Source: Propionibacterium ruminifibrarum | GTDB taxonomy: Bacteria > Actinomycetota > Actinomycetes > Propionibacteriales > Propionibacteriaceae | Reading direction: 5' to 3' | Length of the DNA: 32,000 nt | NCBI RefSeq assembly: GCF_900289195.1 | Contig: NZ_OMOH01000001.1 | Span: 388,706-420,705, forward strand | Part shown: positions 1 to 8,879 of the stretch, piece after piece | How positions within the stretch are numbered: the first letter of the stretch is position 1 | Layout: each line of letters starts with the position of its first letter | Position numbers and translations under genes: made by a program | Notes under the pieces: model-generated | Seen by the model: the letters and a program-made list of their open reading frames with translations, nothing else | Databases searched by the model: none | What the model was told of the DNA's origin: nothing

Positions 1-687
1 ACGACCAGCCCCACCATCCTGGGCACCACCGAGCTGTCCTACGAGCAGGTCGCCGCGCTCGAACCCGACCTGATCCTGGACGTCAAGAGTTCCGGCGACC
101 AGGACCGGTACGACCGGCTCTCCCAGATCGCCACCACCGTCGGCGTCCCCGATGCCGACTCGCTCAACTACCTGACGAGCACCGAGAAGCAGCTGTCGAC
201 CATCGCGGCGGCCCTCGGCGTGCCCGAGAAGGGCCGGCAGCTGCAGTCCGAGCTCGACCAGGCCATCGGTGACGCCGCGAACGCCGACTGGCAGGGCAAG
301 ACCGTGTCGGTGGCCGCCCTCACCAGCACCGGCTGGGGCGCCTACATCGACGGCGACACCCGTCTGGGGCTGCTCGAGCAGCTCGGTTTCACGCAGAACC
401 CGGCCATCGCCGCGATGCCCACCGCCAGCACCGGCTTCTCCGTGGAGCTGTCGACGGAACAGCTGGGCTCCCTGGACGCCGACCTGATCGTCGCCTTCCC
501 GATCTACGTCGAGACCAGCCGGCTCACCGGTGACGCCGCGTGGCAGGCGATCCCGGCCGTGCGGGACGGCCGTGCCGTGGTCGTAGACGGCGACCTGTCC
601 AGCGCCTTCTCCCTCGGCACCGTCGGCTCGATCGAGTACGCGCTGGAGAACCTGACCCCCAGGATCAGCGAGGCGCTCGCCTCCTGA
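1..687 (+). CDS. ABC-transporter substrate-binding protein, iron-siderophore/cobalamin (FecB/FepB-like) class; 5' end lies outside the window
   Basis: Frame 1 is open from nt 1 (TSPTILGTTELSYEQVAALEPDLILDVKSS...) to TGA 685-687, so the ORF-track Met at 220 is internal. EPDLIL, DADLIVAF and the C-terminal AVRDGRAVVVDG layout are typical of this binding-protein class. Confidence 0.7.
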   Translation, partial: TTSPTILGTTELSYEQVAALEPDLILDVKSSGDQDRYDRLSQIATTVGVPDADSLNYLTSTEKQLSTIAAALGVPEKGRQLQSELDQAIGDAANADWQGKTVSVAALTSTGWGAYIDGDTRLGLLEQLGFTQNPAIAAMPTASTGFSVELSTEQLGSLDADLIVAFPIYVETSRLTGDAAWQAIPAVRDGRAVVVDGDLSSAFSLGTVGSIEYALENLTPRISEALAS

Positions 688-701
688 CGGTGCCGGGTCA
701 T

Positions 702-745
702 CAGGGGGCTTCCGCGCAACCATGGCGGGCGCGCGGAGGCCCCTG
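702..745. terminator. GC-rich hairpin between convergent genes (possible bidirectional terminator)
   Basis: cagggggcttccgcgc (702-717) pairs with gcgcggaggcccctg (731-745). That gives about 13 bp including a G-U position, with a 13-nt loop. It lies between the stop of the binding-protein gene (687) and the stop of lysX (772). No clear U-tract. Confidence 0.45.
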
Positions 746-771
746 ACGGCGGGGACCCTGCCGTCGCCCGC

Positions 772-3700
772 TCAGCGCTGGGGCCGGACGAAGGGGAAGC
801 TCAGCACCTGGCGGATCGTGGCGCCGGTGAGCGCCATCACCAGCCTGTCCAGGCCGATCCCCAGCCCGCCCGTGGGGGGCATGCCGAGTTCGAGGGCGGC
901 GAGGAACTCCTCGTCGACCTCCATGGCCTCCGGATCCCCCTGGGCGGCCTGCCAGGACTGCTCGACCAGGCGGCTGCGCTGCACGAGCGGATCGGCGAGC
1001 TCGGAGTAGGCGGTGCCCAGCTCCATGCCGCCGGCGACCAGGTCCCAGCGCTCCACCAGCCCGGGCTCGCTGCGGTGGGGCGCGGTCAGCGGCGAGGTCT
1101 CGGCCGGGAAGTCGAGGTAGAAGGTGGGCATCACGGTCATCGGCTCCACCAGTTCGCCGTAGAGCTCCTCCAGCACCCTCCCCGGCCCCCAGGTCGCTCC
1201 GGTCTCGATGCCGTGGGCGTGTGCCAGGTCGACCAGCTCACCCAGATCGGTGCTCAACGAGACCTCACGGCCGAGCGCCTGCGAGACGGCGTCGCACACC
1301 CTCGCCCGGGGCCACTGGCCCGAGATGTCGGTGAGCCGCATCGCCCCGTCGGCGCCGGGCAGCGGCATCGCCTCGCGGCCGTGCACGGCCGCCGCGGCCC
1401 GCTGGATGATGCGCTGGGTCAGCAGCAGCATGTCGATGTAGTCGGCAAAGGGCTGGTATGCCTCCACCACGGTGAACTCCGGGTTGTGGGAGGAGTCCGC
1501 GCCCTCGTTGCGGAAGTTCTTCCCGATCTCGAAGACCGCCCCGAAACCGGCCACCACGAGCCTCTTCAACGCCAACTCCGGGGCTATGCGCAGCACCAGG
1601 TCGGTGTCGTAGGCGTTGATGTGGGTACGGAAGGGGCGGGCGCTCGCGCCGCCGTGCACCGTGTTGAGCATCGGGGTCTCGACCTCGTGGAAGCCGGCCT
1701 CGGACAGGCAGCCCCGCACCGCGGCGATGGCCCGGCTGCGGGCGGCCAGCAGTTCCAGCTGGTCGGGGTGGACGATGAGGTCGAGACAGCGGTTGCGCAC
1801 CCTCGCCCGGGGGTCGTCGAAACCTCCCCAGGGGATCGGCTGCAGGGCCTTCGCCAGCACCTGCCACGAACTCACGAGCAGCGACGGGGTCCCGTTGCGG
1901 GACCGTCCCGCGGCGGCGTGCACGCCCACCAGGTCGCCGCGGTCGAGGAGCCGCGCGGCCCTCGCCACCTCGGCGCGACCCAGGACGTCGGCCTCGAGGA
2001 CGAGCTGGTGCGATGCCCCGGCGTCGACCAGGTCGACGAAGCAGACCCCGCCGTGGTGGCGGACGGCCCGCACCCGGCCGACGATCTCGACACCGGGGTC
2101 GACTGCGGCATCGGCCGGCAGGTCGCGCAGCCACACGGCGTTCCGGTTCCCGACCGGGTAGCCCGGCTCGCCGACGGCGCGCAGCGCCTCCAGGTGTGCG
2201 AGCCGCTGCCGGGACTGGTCGCTGCGGCGCACCGTGTCGATCTCGGGGGGCCGCGCCTCGGTGAGTTCCCTCAGCTCGGCCAGCTCCGCCGGCCCCAGTG
2301 TCGCGGACGACGGCGCGCCCCGGTGCAGCCAGAACAGGTCCGGCAGGAAGCCCTCGGCCAGCATGGCGGCCCCGACGACCTGAGGCGCCGTCAGCGGGGT
2401 GGGCAGCACCAGGTAACGCGGCCGCCACTCGGGACGGTACTTCGCGTTGGAACGGTACAAACGCTGGATCTGCCAGAACCGGTCCAGGGCGCCCAGCATC
2501 CTCGAGCCCGCCCGGTTGATCGGCGCCGCGGCCACGTCCTCGGCCTGGGCGAAGACGTGGCGCAGGAACGCGAAGTTCAGCGAGACCCGGCGGATGGCAT
2601 GCCCCTTGCCCCAGACCATGAGCTCGGCGAGCAGGAACTCGTTGACCCCGTTGGGGGCCTGCGGGTCGCGCCGCATGAGGTCCAGTGAGAGCCCGTAGCG
2701 GCCCCAGGGCAGGAAGGTCATCATGGCCAGCGGGCGGTCGGACTCGTCCCGCACCGTGGCCACCACGATGCGGGGGTCGGCCTCGTCGCCGAGGCGTCCG
2801 AGTTCCATCGAGTAGCCGCGCTCGGTCTCGTCGCCGCGCCAGCGTTCGGCCAGCGCCCTCACCTCGTCGATCTGCTCGGGGGCCAGCTCGCCCTGGAAAC
2901 CGATGACGGCGCGCAGTCCGTCGCGTCTGGCCCGGGCCCAGGCGCGACGCACCTCGCCCATCGCGGTGCTGTTGAGCTGGAAGGCTGCGGTGTCGAGGAC
3001 GGCCTCGTCGCCCAGACGCAGTACGGTGAAACCGAGAGCGAGGGCGTAGGCCCTTGCGCCGGCCTCGCTGCACGCCAGCACGGCGGGAGTCCAGCCGTAG
3101 CGGCGGCTCTCGGCGTGCCAGGATTCGATCGTCCTCCCCCAGCACGTTGGGTCGCCGATCGGGTCGCCGGAGGCCAGCGCCACCCCGCCGAAGACCTGGT
3201 AGCCGATCGCGGCCCGCCGTGACTCGTCGAAGTACAGCAGCCGCTCGCGGCGGGTGCTCACATAGCCCAGCGAGTCGTCCTCACCGTGATCGAGCAGCAG
3301 CCTCCGCAGGTGCAGTTCGTTGCCCGGCTCCCAGGAGCCCGCCGGACGCGCCGTCCGGATGAAGACGACGACCGCCCCGATCACCGAGGCGCCGAGGATG
3401 AGCGAGGTGATGAAGGGTACGACGCCACCGACCTGGGTGCCCTGCCAGGCCGGCGGCAGGGTGATGTCGACCGATCTCGCGAGCACGGCAAGGGTCTGTC
3501 GCCATGGCTCGCCGGAGTCGTCGCGCAGCAGGACGAGCAGGTGGGCCACCGCCGTGGCGAGCAGCCCGCCGCACAGCAGCACGAGGACGGCACGCAGCCA
3601 CGAGCCCGGCGCGAAGCGTGCCGGGAACGCCGGCCACAGCCAGATCACCAGGGCGCAGGCCGCCACCGAGACGGCCACCAGGACGACGGCCAGCACCAGG

Positions 3701-4080
3701 GTCGGCACGAAGAGCACCGAGGTCTCCGCGGGGCCCTCCACGGTTCCGGCGGTGATCTCCACGGAGTCCCTGAACCAGATCATCAGCACGAGGATCGTGA
3801 TCGCCCGCAGGACGCCCAGCAGCTGGAACAGCAGCACCAGCAGCAGGGCCAGTCGCTTGCGGTGCACCAGGCCGTGGGTGATGACCGCCATGAGCGCCAC
3901 CGAGACCAGTGACGCCCCCACCGGCAGGTTCAGCAGCGCGATGGCGAAGTCCACCCACCACGGCGCCTCGTCGCGGTGCAGAAGCCGGTACCTGCACCAC
4001 AGCACCAAGGCGCAGACGGTGCCGATCGCGTAGATCCAGCTGAGCGCGTTCGCGGCCCGCTGCCGCCGCAGGGCCCTCAT
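772..4080 (-). CDS. lysX: Bifunctional lysylphosphatidylglycerol synthase / lysine--tRNA ligase (MprF-like membrane domain + DUF2156 + class II LysRS), LysX type
   Basis: The N-terminal ~240 aa are polytopic hydrophobic (WVDFAIALLNLPVGASLVSVALMAV...). The middle matches the aminoacyl-PG synthase C-domain. The C-terminus carries class II LysRS motifs (FEIGKNFRNEG, GLGIGLDRLVMAL). Start chosen at ATG 4078-4080 (MRALRRQRAANAL), which overlaps the upstream gene's TGA as ATGA. The longer 1336-aa ORF extension was rejected. Confidence 0.9.
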   Translation of the reverse strand: MRALRRQRAANALSWIYAIGTVCALVLWCRYRLLHRDEAPWWVDFAIALLNLPVGASLVSVALMAVITHGLVHRKRLALLLVLLFQLLGVLRAITILVLMIWFRDSVEITAGTVEGPAETSVLFVPTLVLAVVLVAVSVAACALVIWLWPAFPARFAPGSWLRAVLVLLCGGLLATAVAHLLVLLRDDSGEPWRQTLAVLARSVDITLPPAWQGTQVGGVVPFITSLILGASVIGAVVVFIRTARPAGSWEPGNELHLRRLLLDHGEDDSLGYVSTRRERLLYFDESRRAAIGYQVFGGVALASGDPIGDPTCWGRTIESWHAESRRYGWTPAVLACSEAGARAYALALGFTVLRLGDEAVLDTAAFQLNSTAMGEVRRAWARARRDGLRAVIGFQGELAPEQIDEVRALAERWRGDETERGYSMELGRLGDEADPRIVVATVRDESDRPLAMMTFLPWGRYGLSLDLMRRDPQAPNGVNEFLLAELMVWGKGHAIRRVSLNFAFLRHVFAQAEDVAAAPINRAGSRMLGALDRFWQIQRLYRSNAKYRPEWRPRYLVLPTPLTAPQVVGAAMLAEGFLPDLFWLHRGAPSSATLGPAELAELRELTEARPPEIDTVRRSDQSRQRLAHLEALRAVGEPGYPVGNRNAVWLRDLPADAAVDPGVEIVGRVRAVRHHGGVCFVDLVDAGASHQLVLEADVLGRAEVARAARLLDRGDLVGVHAAAGRSRNGTPSLLVSSWQVLAKALQPIPWGGFDDPRARVRNRCLDLIVHPDQLELLAARSRAIAAVRGCLSEAGFHEVETPMLNTVHGGASARPFRTHINAYDTDLVLRIAPELALKRLVVAGFGAVFEIGKNFRNEGADSSHNPEFTVVEAYQPFADYIDMLLLTQRIIQRAAAAVHGREAMPLPGADGAMRLTDISGQWPRARVCDAVSQALGREVSLSTDLGELVDLAHAHGIETGATWGPGRVLEELYGELVEPMTVMPTFYLDFPAETSPLTAPHRSEPGLVERWDLVAGGMELGTAYSELADPLVQRSRLVEQSWQAAQGDPEAMEVDEEFLAALELGMPPTGGLGIGLDRLVMALTGATIRQVLSFPFVRPQR

Positions 4081-5267
4081 GCCGCCACCCAGGAGAACTG
4101 CGAGGACTCGCCCAGCCAGGAGAGCCCGACCGGCAGCCCCGATGCCCACACCGACGGGGCGTGCCCGCCGCTCTCCAGCAGTGTGGTGGTCAGCGACGTC
4201 GGGGCCTTGACGTGCGGCTCGAAACGCCTCAGCTCGGTATAGGGCATCTCGTCGTCCATGGCCGTCCAGGCCCACAGCCGCACGTCGGGCGCGTCCTGCT
4301 CGGCTATGCGCGCCAGGTCGTACTCTGCGTCGTCCTCGGGACGGTAGGCCTCGCCGACGAAGAAGGGCCGGAAGTAGCCCGCCATGGAGACGGAGTGGCC
4401 GAACAGCTCGGGATGACGCATGGTGAGCATCGTCGAGCACCAGCCGCCGGCGCTCAGCCCCAGGGTGGCCCAGCCCTGCCGGTCGGCGACCGCTCGCAGA
4501 TTGGCCGTGATCCACGGCACGATGCTCGACGTCACCCAGCTCTCGGTGCGGACGCTGCCGTCGGAGGCGTCCACGCACTCGGTGTCGAGGTTGCCGGGGA
4601 AGACGTCGGGCACCACGACGATGGCCTCGCGCATCTTCTGCTCCCCGACCAGGTCCTCGATGCGCTGCCCGATCGCCATGTCCCCCTCCTGGTAGGTGGA
4701 GATCGATCCGGGCACGCCGGCGAAGGCGAGTACCACCGGGTAGAACCGCTCGGGGTGGGACAGATAGCTGGCCGGCAGCCACACCAGGGCCTGGTGCCCG
4801 GCCTGTCCCTGCTGCCCCGGGATGGTGACGGTGAGATAGCGGCTCCGGTCCGGGTCGCTCCAGTCCTGGGAGCCGAACGCGGGGTTCTGCCTGGGATCCT
4901 CCTGCAGGGCGCTGGGCTGTCCAGTGGCCCAGGGCGCCGTCGTCGTCGACTCGGCCTCCACCCGGCCGGAGGTCGAGACGTCGACGACCTCACCGGCCCC
5001 CGCCAGGCTCGCCCATGTGGGGTACCAGCCCTGCGTCGCGTTGAGGCCGAGAGCCAGGACGAGGATGCTCAGCAGGATGCTGGACAGCACCCCCACGACC
5101 TGGCGCACGACCGCCCGCCAGGGTTTCACAGCGGGCCGCAGGGGCACCCGGATGAGTACCCAGACCAGCACCGCGATCAGCGCGGCGGCAGCCACCCCGA
5201 CGGGCACCGGGCTGCCGAGTTCCAACCATTGAGGCATTGCATGTCTCGTTTCCATCACCTGGGTCAC
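4077..5267 (-). CDS. Membrane-anchored alpha/beta-hydrolase, 'putative esterase' (esterase D / antigen-85-like) family
   Basis: Two N-terminal hydrophobic helices (VPVGVAAAALIAVLVWVLI; VVGVLSSILLSILVLALGL) precede an esterase fold with a GxSxG nucleophile elbow (LGLSAGGW). The stop TGA 4077-4079 overlaps the lysX ATG. The start is uncertain: GTG 5267, or ATG 5255 or 5237 in the same frame. Confidence 0.8.
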   Translation of the reverse strand: MTQVMETRHAMPQWLELGSPVPVGVAAAALIAVLVWVLIRVPLRPAVKPWRAVVRQVVGVLSSILLSILVLALGLNATQGWYPTWASLAGAGEVVDVSTSGRVEAESTTTAPWATGQPSALQEDPRQNPAFGSQDWSDPDRSRYLTVTIPGQQGQAGHQALVWLPASYLSHPERFYPVVLAFAGVPGSISTYQEGDMAIGQRIEDLVGEQKMREAIVVVPDVFPGNLDTECVDASDGSVRTESWVTSSIVPWITANLRAVADRQGWATLGLSAGGWCSTMLTMRHPELFGHSVSMAGYFRPFFVGEAYRPEDDAEYDLARIAEQDAPDVRLWAWTAMDDEMPYTELRRFEPHVKAPTSLTTTLLESGGHAPSVWASGLPVGLSWLGESSQFSWVAA

Positions 5268-5784
5268 GCGCCAAGAGCGGATCCCAGCGTTCGTATGCTC
5301 GGGTGAGAGGGAAAACTACCTAGGCCGCGAGACGGTTTTGGCCCGTTGACGCCCTGTTCAGGACTCGCGAAGGACTCGTCGCCGGTTTTTCAACCGGCCA
5401 GTGGAGACCCGGGTCATTCCCGGGGCGGACTTCTGCTTATTCGGCCACGGTCGCAATGGTGGGGCGCATGGGGTCGAAGCCACGACCCGGGGATGACGAA
5501 TCGCCTGATCTGGCCTGTTGAACCAGTGGCTTTACCCGGCACCCCACAGGGTCATCATGGGGCTCATCGCCCTCCTGGACCCACTTGCTGGAGAACTTGG
5601 TATCGGCGGTGTACGCAACAGGAGATCGTCGGCCTCCACTGCCCTGACCGGCGACCACGACCTCGTGGTCGTCAACGAGGGGGGCGCTGGCGGTCCCGTC
5701 GAGATCGCCCTGCGTTCAGGTGGCGGCCGCCCAGCTGCGCGTGGCGGCCCGGCGACTCCCCCGCCAGCCCGCCCACGCACCGGT

Positions 5785-6846
5785 TCACTTCAGGTCGCGG
5801 AAGAACCGGTCCCAGGGCATCTCGAGGGGAGCGTCCTCGGCGACCACCGAGTAGAGGAAGCGGCACAGCGGGTACTCGTCGGCGCCGATGACACCCCGCT
5901 CGGTCAGCGGTCCGAGCGCCTTGCCGATGACCTTGATGGCCGCGACGCCCTCGAGCGTCACGCCCTTCATGCGCTCCTCCTGCACCTGTGAGAAGGGGAT
6001 ACCCTCGCCGACGAAACCGCCGGCCTTGACGTTGCGTCCGCCCATCGAGGTGACGAACATGTCGCCCACTCCGCCCAGGCCGTCCCCGGTCTCCGGTTCG
6101 CCGCCCATGAGCTTGATGAAGGAGCGCAGCTCCTTCTGCCCCTGTGCGAAGACCGCTGCGCCGTAGTTGTACATGACGTAGCGGTCGTCCTGCTTGCCGG
6201 CCTTGCGCAGCAGGCCCTGCGCGAAGCCTGCGGCGAAGGCGTAGACGTTCTTCGTTGCCGCGCCGGTCTCGTGTCCGACGAAGTCGGTGGACGTCCACAC
6301 GTGGTAGTAGTCGGTGCGGAAGAGATCCGCGATGTACTCGAGGTCCTGCTTGTCCTGGCCGCAGAAGACCACGCAGGTGTCGTGGTGGACGGCAACCTCG
6401 CCTGCGATGGAGGGGCCGACGACGGCGTTCCACGAGACCTGCTCGGCCAGCTGGGGGTCGAAGTAGGAGCGCAGCACGTCGGGCAGGATGTGCATCGTGC
6501 CGTCCTCGTCGGCCCGCATGCCCTTGGTGACGCACAGGAGCTTCTGCCCGGGCCTCATCAGCCCGGCCAGCTGCTCACCGGCCCACTCGAGACCGAAGGA
6601 GTTCACGCCGCACATGACGACATCGGCGTCGGCGATGGCCTCGGCCGCGTCCTCCAACTGGTAGGCGCGGACGCCGTCGTTGACCTTGAGCCCGAGGTCG
6701 GGGTGCACGCCTGTCCGTTGAATCGAGTCGATGATCTCCCGGTCGAGGAAGGTGCCGACGAGCCGGACGTCGTTGCCGTTCTCGGAGGTCGGGAAGGACA
6801 GGGCCGTGGCCATGATGCCCGAGCCCAGCGCAGCGATGACTGCCAT
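5785..6846 (-). CDS. NAD(P)H-dependent glycerol-3-phosphate dehydrogenase (GpsA) family protein
   Basis: N-terminal Rossmann motif AALGSGIMA. GpsA landmarks are present: VTKGM, VVGPSIAGEV, KNVYAFAAGFAQGL and TSMGGRNVKAG. An AAGGGA Shine-Dalgarno-like sequence lies 7-8 nt upstream of ATG 6846. Confidence 0.85.
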   Translation of the reverse strand: MAVIAALGSGIMATALSFPTSENGNDVRLVGTFLDREIIDSIQRTGVHPDLGLKVNDGVRAYQLEDAAEAIADADVVMCGVNSFGLEWAGEQLAGLMRPGQKLLCVTKGMRADEDGTMHILPDVLRSYFDPQLAEQVSWNAVVGPSIAGEVAVHHDTCVVFCGQDKQDLEYIADLFRTDYYHVWTSTDFVGHETGAATKNVYAFAAGFAQGLLRKAGKQDDRYVMYNYGAAVFAQGQKELRSFIKLMGGEPETGDGLGGVGDMFVTSMGGRNVKAGGFVGEGIPFSQVQEERMKGVTLEGVAAIKVIGKALGPLTERGVIGADEYPLCRFLYSVVAEDAPLEMPWDRFFRDLK

Positions 6847-6921
6847 GTGAGTGGTTTCCCTTCAGTTCGGTTGTGCGTTATCTCGGTTGCGTGGCCCCAG
6901 ACCGTACAGGGCCGGGGTGGG

Positions 6922-8619
6922 TCATGTTCGGGACTGTCCCGCTGCCTCGGCGCGGTCCCGGAAGATGCGCGCCCGCATGTCCTTGAGCTGGTGCATCGGG
7001 GAGACGCCGTTGTAGTGGCCGAAGAGGTCGTGCAGCTGCTTGTAGATGCCGTACAGGGCGTCGTACTGCTCGGCCGTCTCCTCGTTCGGCACGTAGGCGT
7101 TCCGCTCGACCGAGGTCATCGAGTCGGCCGCGGCGAACACGTCCGGGTACACGCCGGCCGCCACGGCGGCGAAGACAGCCGCCCCGAGAGCGCCGGTCTG
7201 CTCGACCAGCGAGACGGAGATGGGTCGGCGCGTGACGTCGGCGAGCATCTGCATGTAGTAGGCGTTGCGCAGCAGGCCGCCCGCGGCGACGATCTCGTCG
7301 ACGCCGATGCCGTGTTCCTCGAAGTTCTCGATGATGACACGGCAGCCGAAGGCGGTGGCCTCCAACAGCGCCCGGTAGACGTCCTCGGGGCGGGTTGCCA
7401 GCGTCTGGCCGAGAACGAGGCCGGAGAGCCTGGCGTCGGCGAGGATCGACCGGTTGCCGTTGTGCCAGTCGAGCACCACCAGGCCGTGCTCGCCGACCTC
7501 CTGGCCCCTCGACTTCTCGACGAGGAGTTCGTGCACCGAGATCCCCCGCTCGGCCGCCTCGTTCTCGTAGGCCGCCGGTACGCAGTTGTCGATGAACCAC
7601 GCGAAGATGTCACCGACAGCGGTCTGACCGCCCTCGAAACCCCAGTAGCCGTCCACGGCGCCGCCGTCGACGATCCCCAGCACGCCCGGGCAGTCGTGGT
7701 ACCGCCGGTCGTTGATGATGTAGCAGGAGGATGTGCCGAGGATCGCCGTGAGCTGTCCTGGGCGGACGGCGTTGGCACCGGCGACGACCACGTGGGCGTC
7801 GATGTTCCCCGCCGCCACGGCGATGCCGGCCGGCAGCCCCATGAGTTCGGCGAACTCCCTTGTCAGGCCACCGACCCGGCTGCCCAGCGGGACGACCGGG
7901 TAGTTCATCTTCGTCTCGTAGACGTCTCCGAAACCGGGCTTGACGGCCTCGAGGTACTCCCGGGAGGGGTATGCGCCGTCCTGCAGCATGCGCTTGTAGC
8001 CCGAGTCTCCGGCGGCGGCTGCGAGCCTGCCCGTCAACCGCCAGGTGAGCCAGTCGACCAGGTCGACGATGACCCCGGCGGCCGCGTAGACCGTGGGGGC
8101 CATTTCGACGACCTCCAGCACCTTGGGCAGCAACAGCTCCGAGGAGAGCACACCGCCGTACCGGGCGAGCCAGGGCTCCCGGCGGGCCTCCGCGATCTTC
8201 ACCAGGCGGATGGCCTGGTTCTGGGCGCCGTGGTGCTTCCACAGTTTCGGGTAGGCGTGGATCTCGTTCTCGAACCCGGGCTTCTCGCACAGCGGCGTGC
8301 CGTCGGCGTCAACGAGGAGCACCGTCGCCGAGGTGGCGTCGACGCCGATCCCGACGATGTCGCCGGGATCGACACCAGCGGCCGCGATGGCGGCGGGAAC
8401 GGACTCGCGCAGCACCTTGATGTAGTCGCCGGGGTTCTGCAGGGCGAACTCCGGCGGCAGGGTCCGGCCGTCGCCAGCGGTCAGCGCGTGGTCCATGACG
8501 CCGTGGGGGTACTCGGTGACGTGCGTGCCGAGTTGCTCGCCGTTCGCGGCGTCCACGACGACGGCCCGGCCCGACAGCGTGCCGAAGTCGATGCCGAGAA
8601 GGTATTTCCTGTCAGACAC
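6922..8619 (-). CDS. araB: FGGY-family carbohydrate kinase, ribulokinase (AraB)-like
   Basis: KYLLGIDFGTLSGRAVVVD N-terminus, the YPKLWKHHGAQ motif and a ~565-aa length are typical of ribulokinases. Start placed at GTG 8619, preceded by GGAGG 9 nt upstream; ATG 8637 is the alternative. The ORF-track start at 8748 adds an implausible leader. Confidence 0.85.
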   Translation of the reverse strand: MSDRKYLLGIDFGTLSGRAVVVDAANGEQLGTHVTEYPHGVMDHALTAGDGRTLPPEFALQNPGDYIKVLRESVPAAIAAAGVDPGDIVGIGVDATSATVLLVDADGTPLCEKPGFENEIHAYPKLWKHHGAQNQAIRLVKIAEARREPWLARYGGVLSSELLLPKVLEVVEMAPTVYAAAGVIVDLVDWLTWRLTGRLAAAAGDSGYKRMLQDGAYPSREYLEAVKPGFGDVYETKMNYPVVPLGSRVGGLTREFAELMGLPAGIAVAAGNIDAHVVVAGANAVRPGQLTAILGTSSCYIINDRRYHDCPGVLGIVDGGAVDGYWGFEGGQTAVGDIFAWFIDNCVPAAYENEAAERGISVHELLVEKSRGQEVGEHGLVVLDWHNGNRSILADARLSGLVLGQTLATRPEDVYRALLEATAFGCRVIIENFEEHGIGVDEIVAAGGLLRNAYYMQMLADVTRRPISVSLVEQTGALGAAVFAAVAAGVYPDVFAAADSMTSVERNAYVPNEETAEQYDALYGIYKQLHDLFGHYNGVSPMHQLKDMRARIFRDRAEAAGQSRT

Positions 8620-8879
8620 TGGCCTCGCCCTCCTCATGATGAGCGGGATCGGTTCCAGACACACTCGGGAATGGAGCCAGCGGGGCTGGAGGCAGTGACC
8701 ACGGTGTTCACGACTCACGGGCCCGTCGGCGCGGTGAGCATGTCGCATCCGACGGTATCAGCCGCAGGCCGACGGCGCGAGAAGGGCCGGACGGCCGGCA
8801 CAGCCCCTGCCACGAGACCAGGGTTCACACGGAGACAACCCTGATCCCCACTGGTGGTTGCCCGTCACGGGTCACCGTT

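Noticed and set aside
1075-3145. 537-aa (+) and 626-aa (-) ORFs inside lysX
   Set aside because: These are shadow frames of lysX with extreme Arg/Gly/Pro content. LysX itself has unambiguous class II LysRS and MprF-type features in its own frame.
4081-4782. N-terminal 234-aa extension of the LysX ORF (the track gives 772..4782, 1336 aa)
   Set aside because: The extension is Arg/Gly/Pro-rich low complexity. It lies entirely inside the well-supported esterase gene in another frame. An ATG at 4080 with an ATGA stop/start overlap gives a LysX of normal length and architecture.
5437-5658. 73-aa minus-strand ORF in the esterase/GpsA spacer as a real small gene
   Set aside because: It has a GTG start with a poorly spaced Shine-Dalgarno and no recognisable family, and its codon bias decays toward the 3' end. 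It is kept only as part of the spacer observation and is not called as a CDS.
6271-8844. 857-aa + strand ORF
   Set aside because: It is antisense to araB and the GpsA-family gene. Its composition is the Asp/Gly/Val/Arg-rich shadow-frame type and it has no recognisable motifs. Long antisense ORFs are expected in DNA of about 70% G+C.
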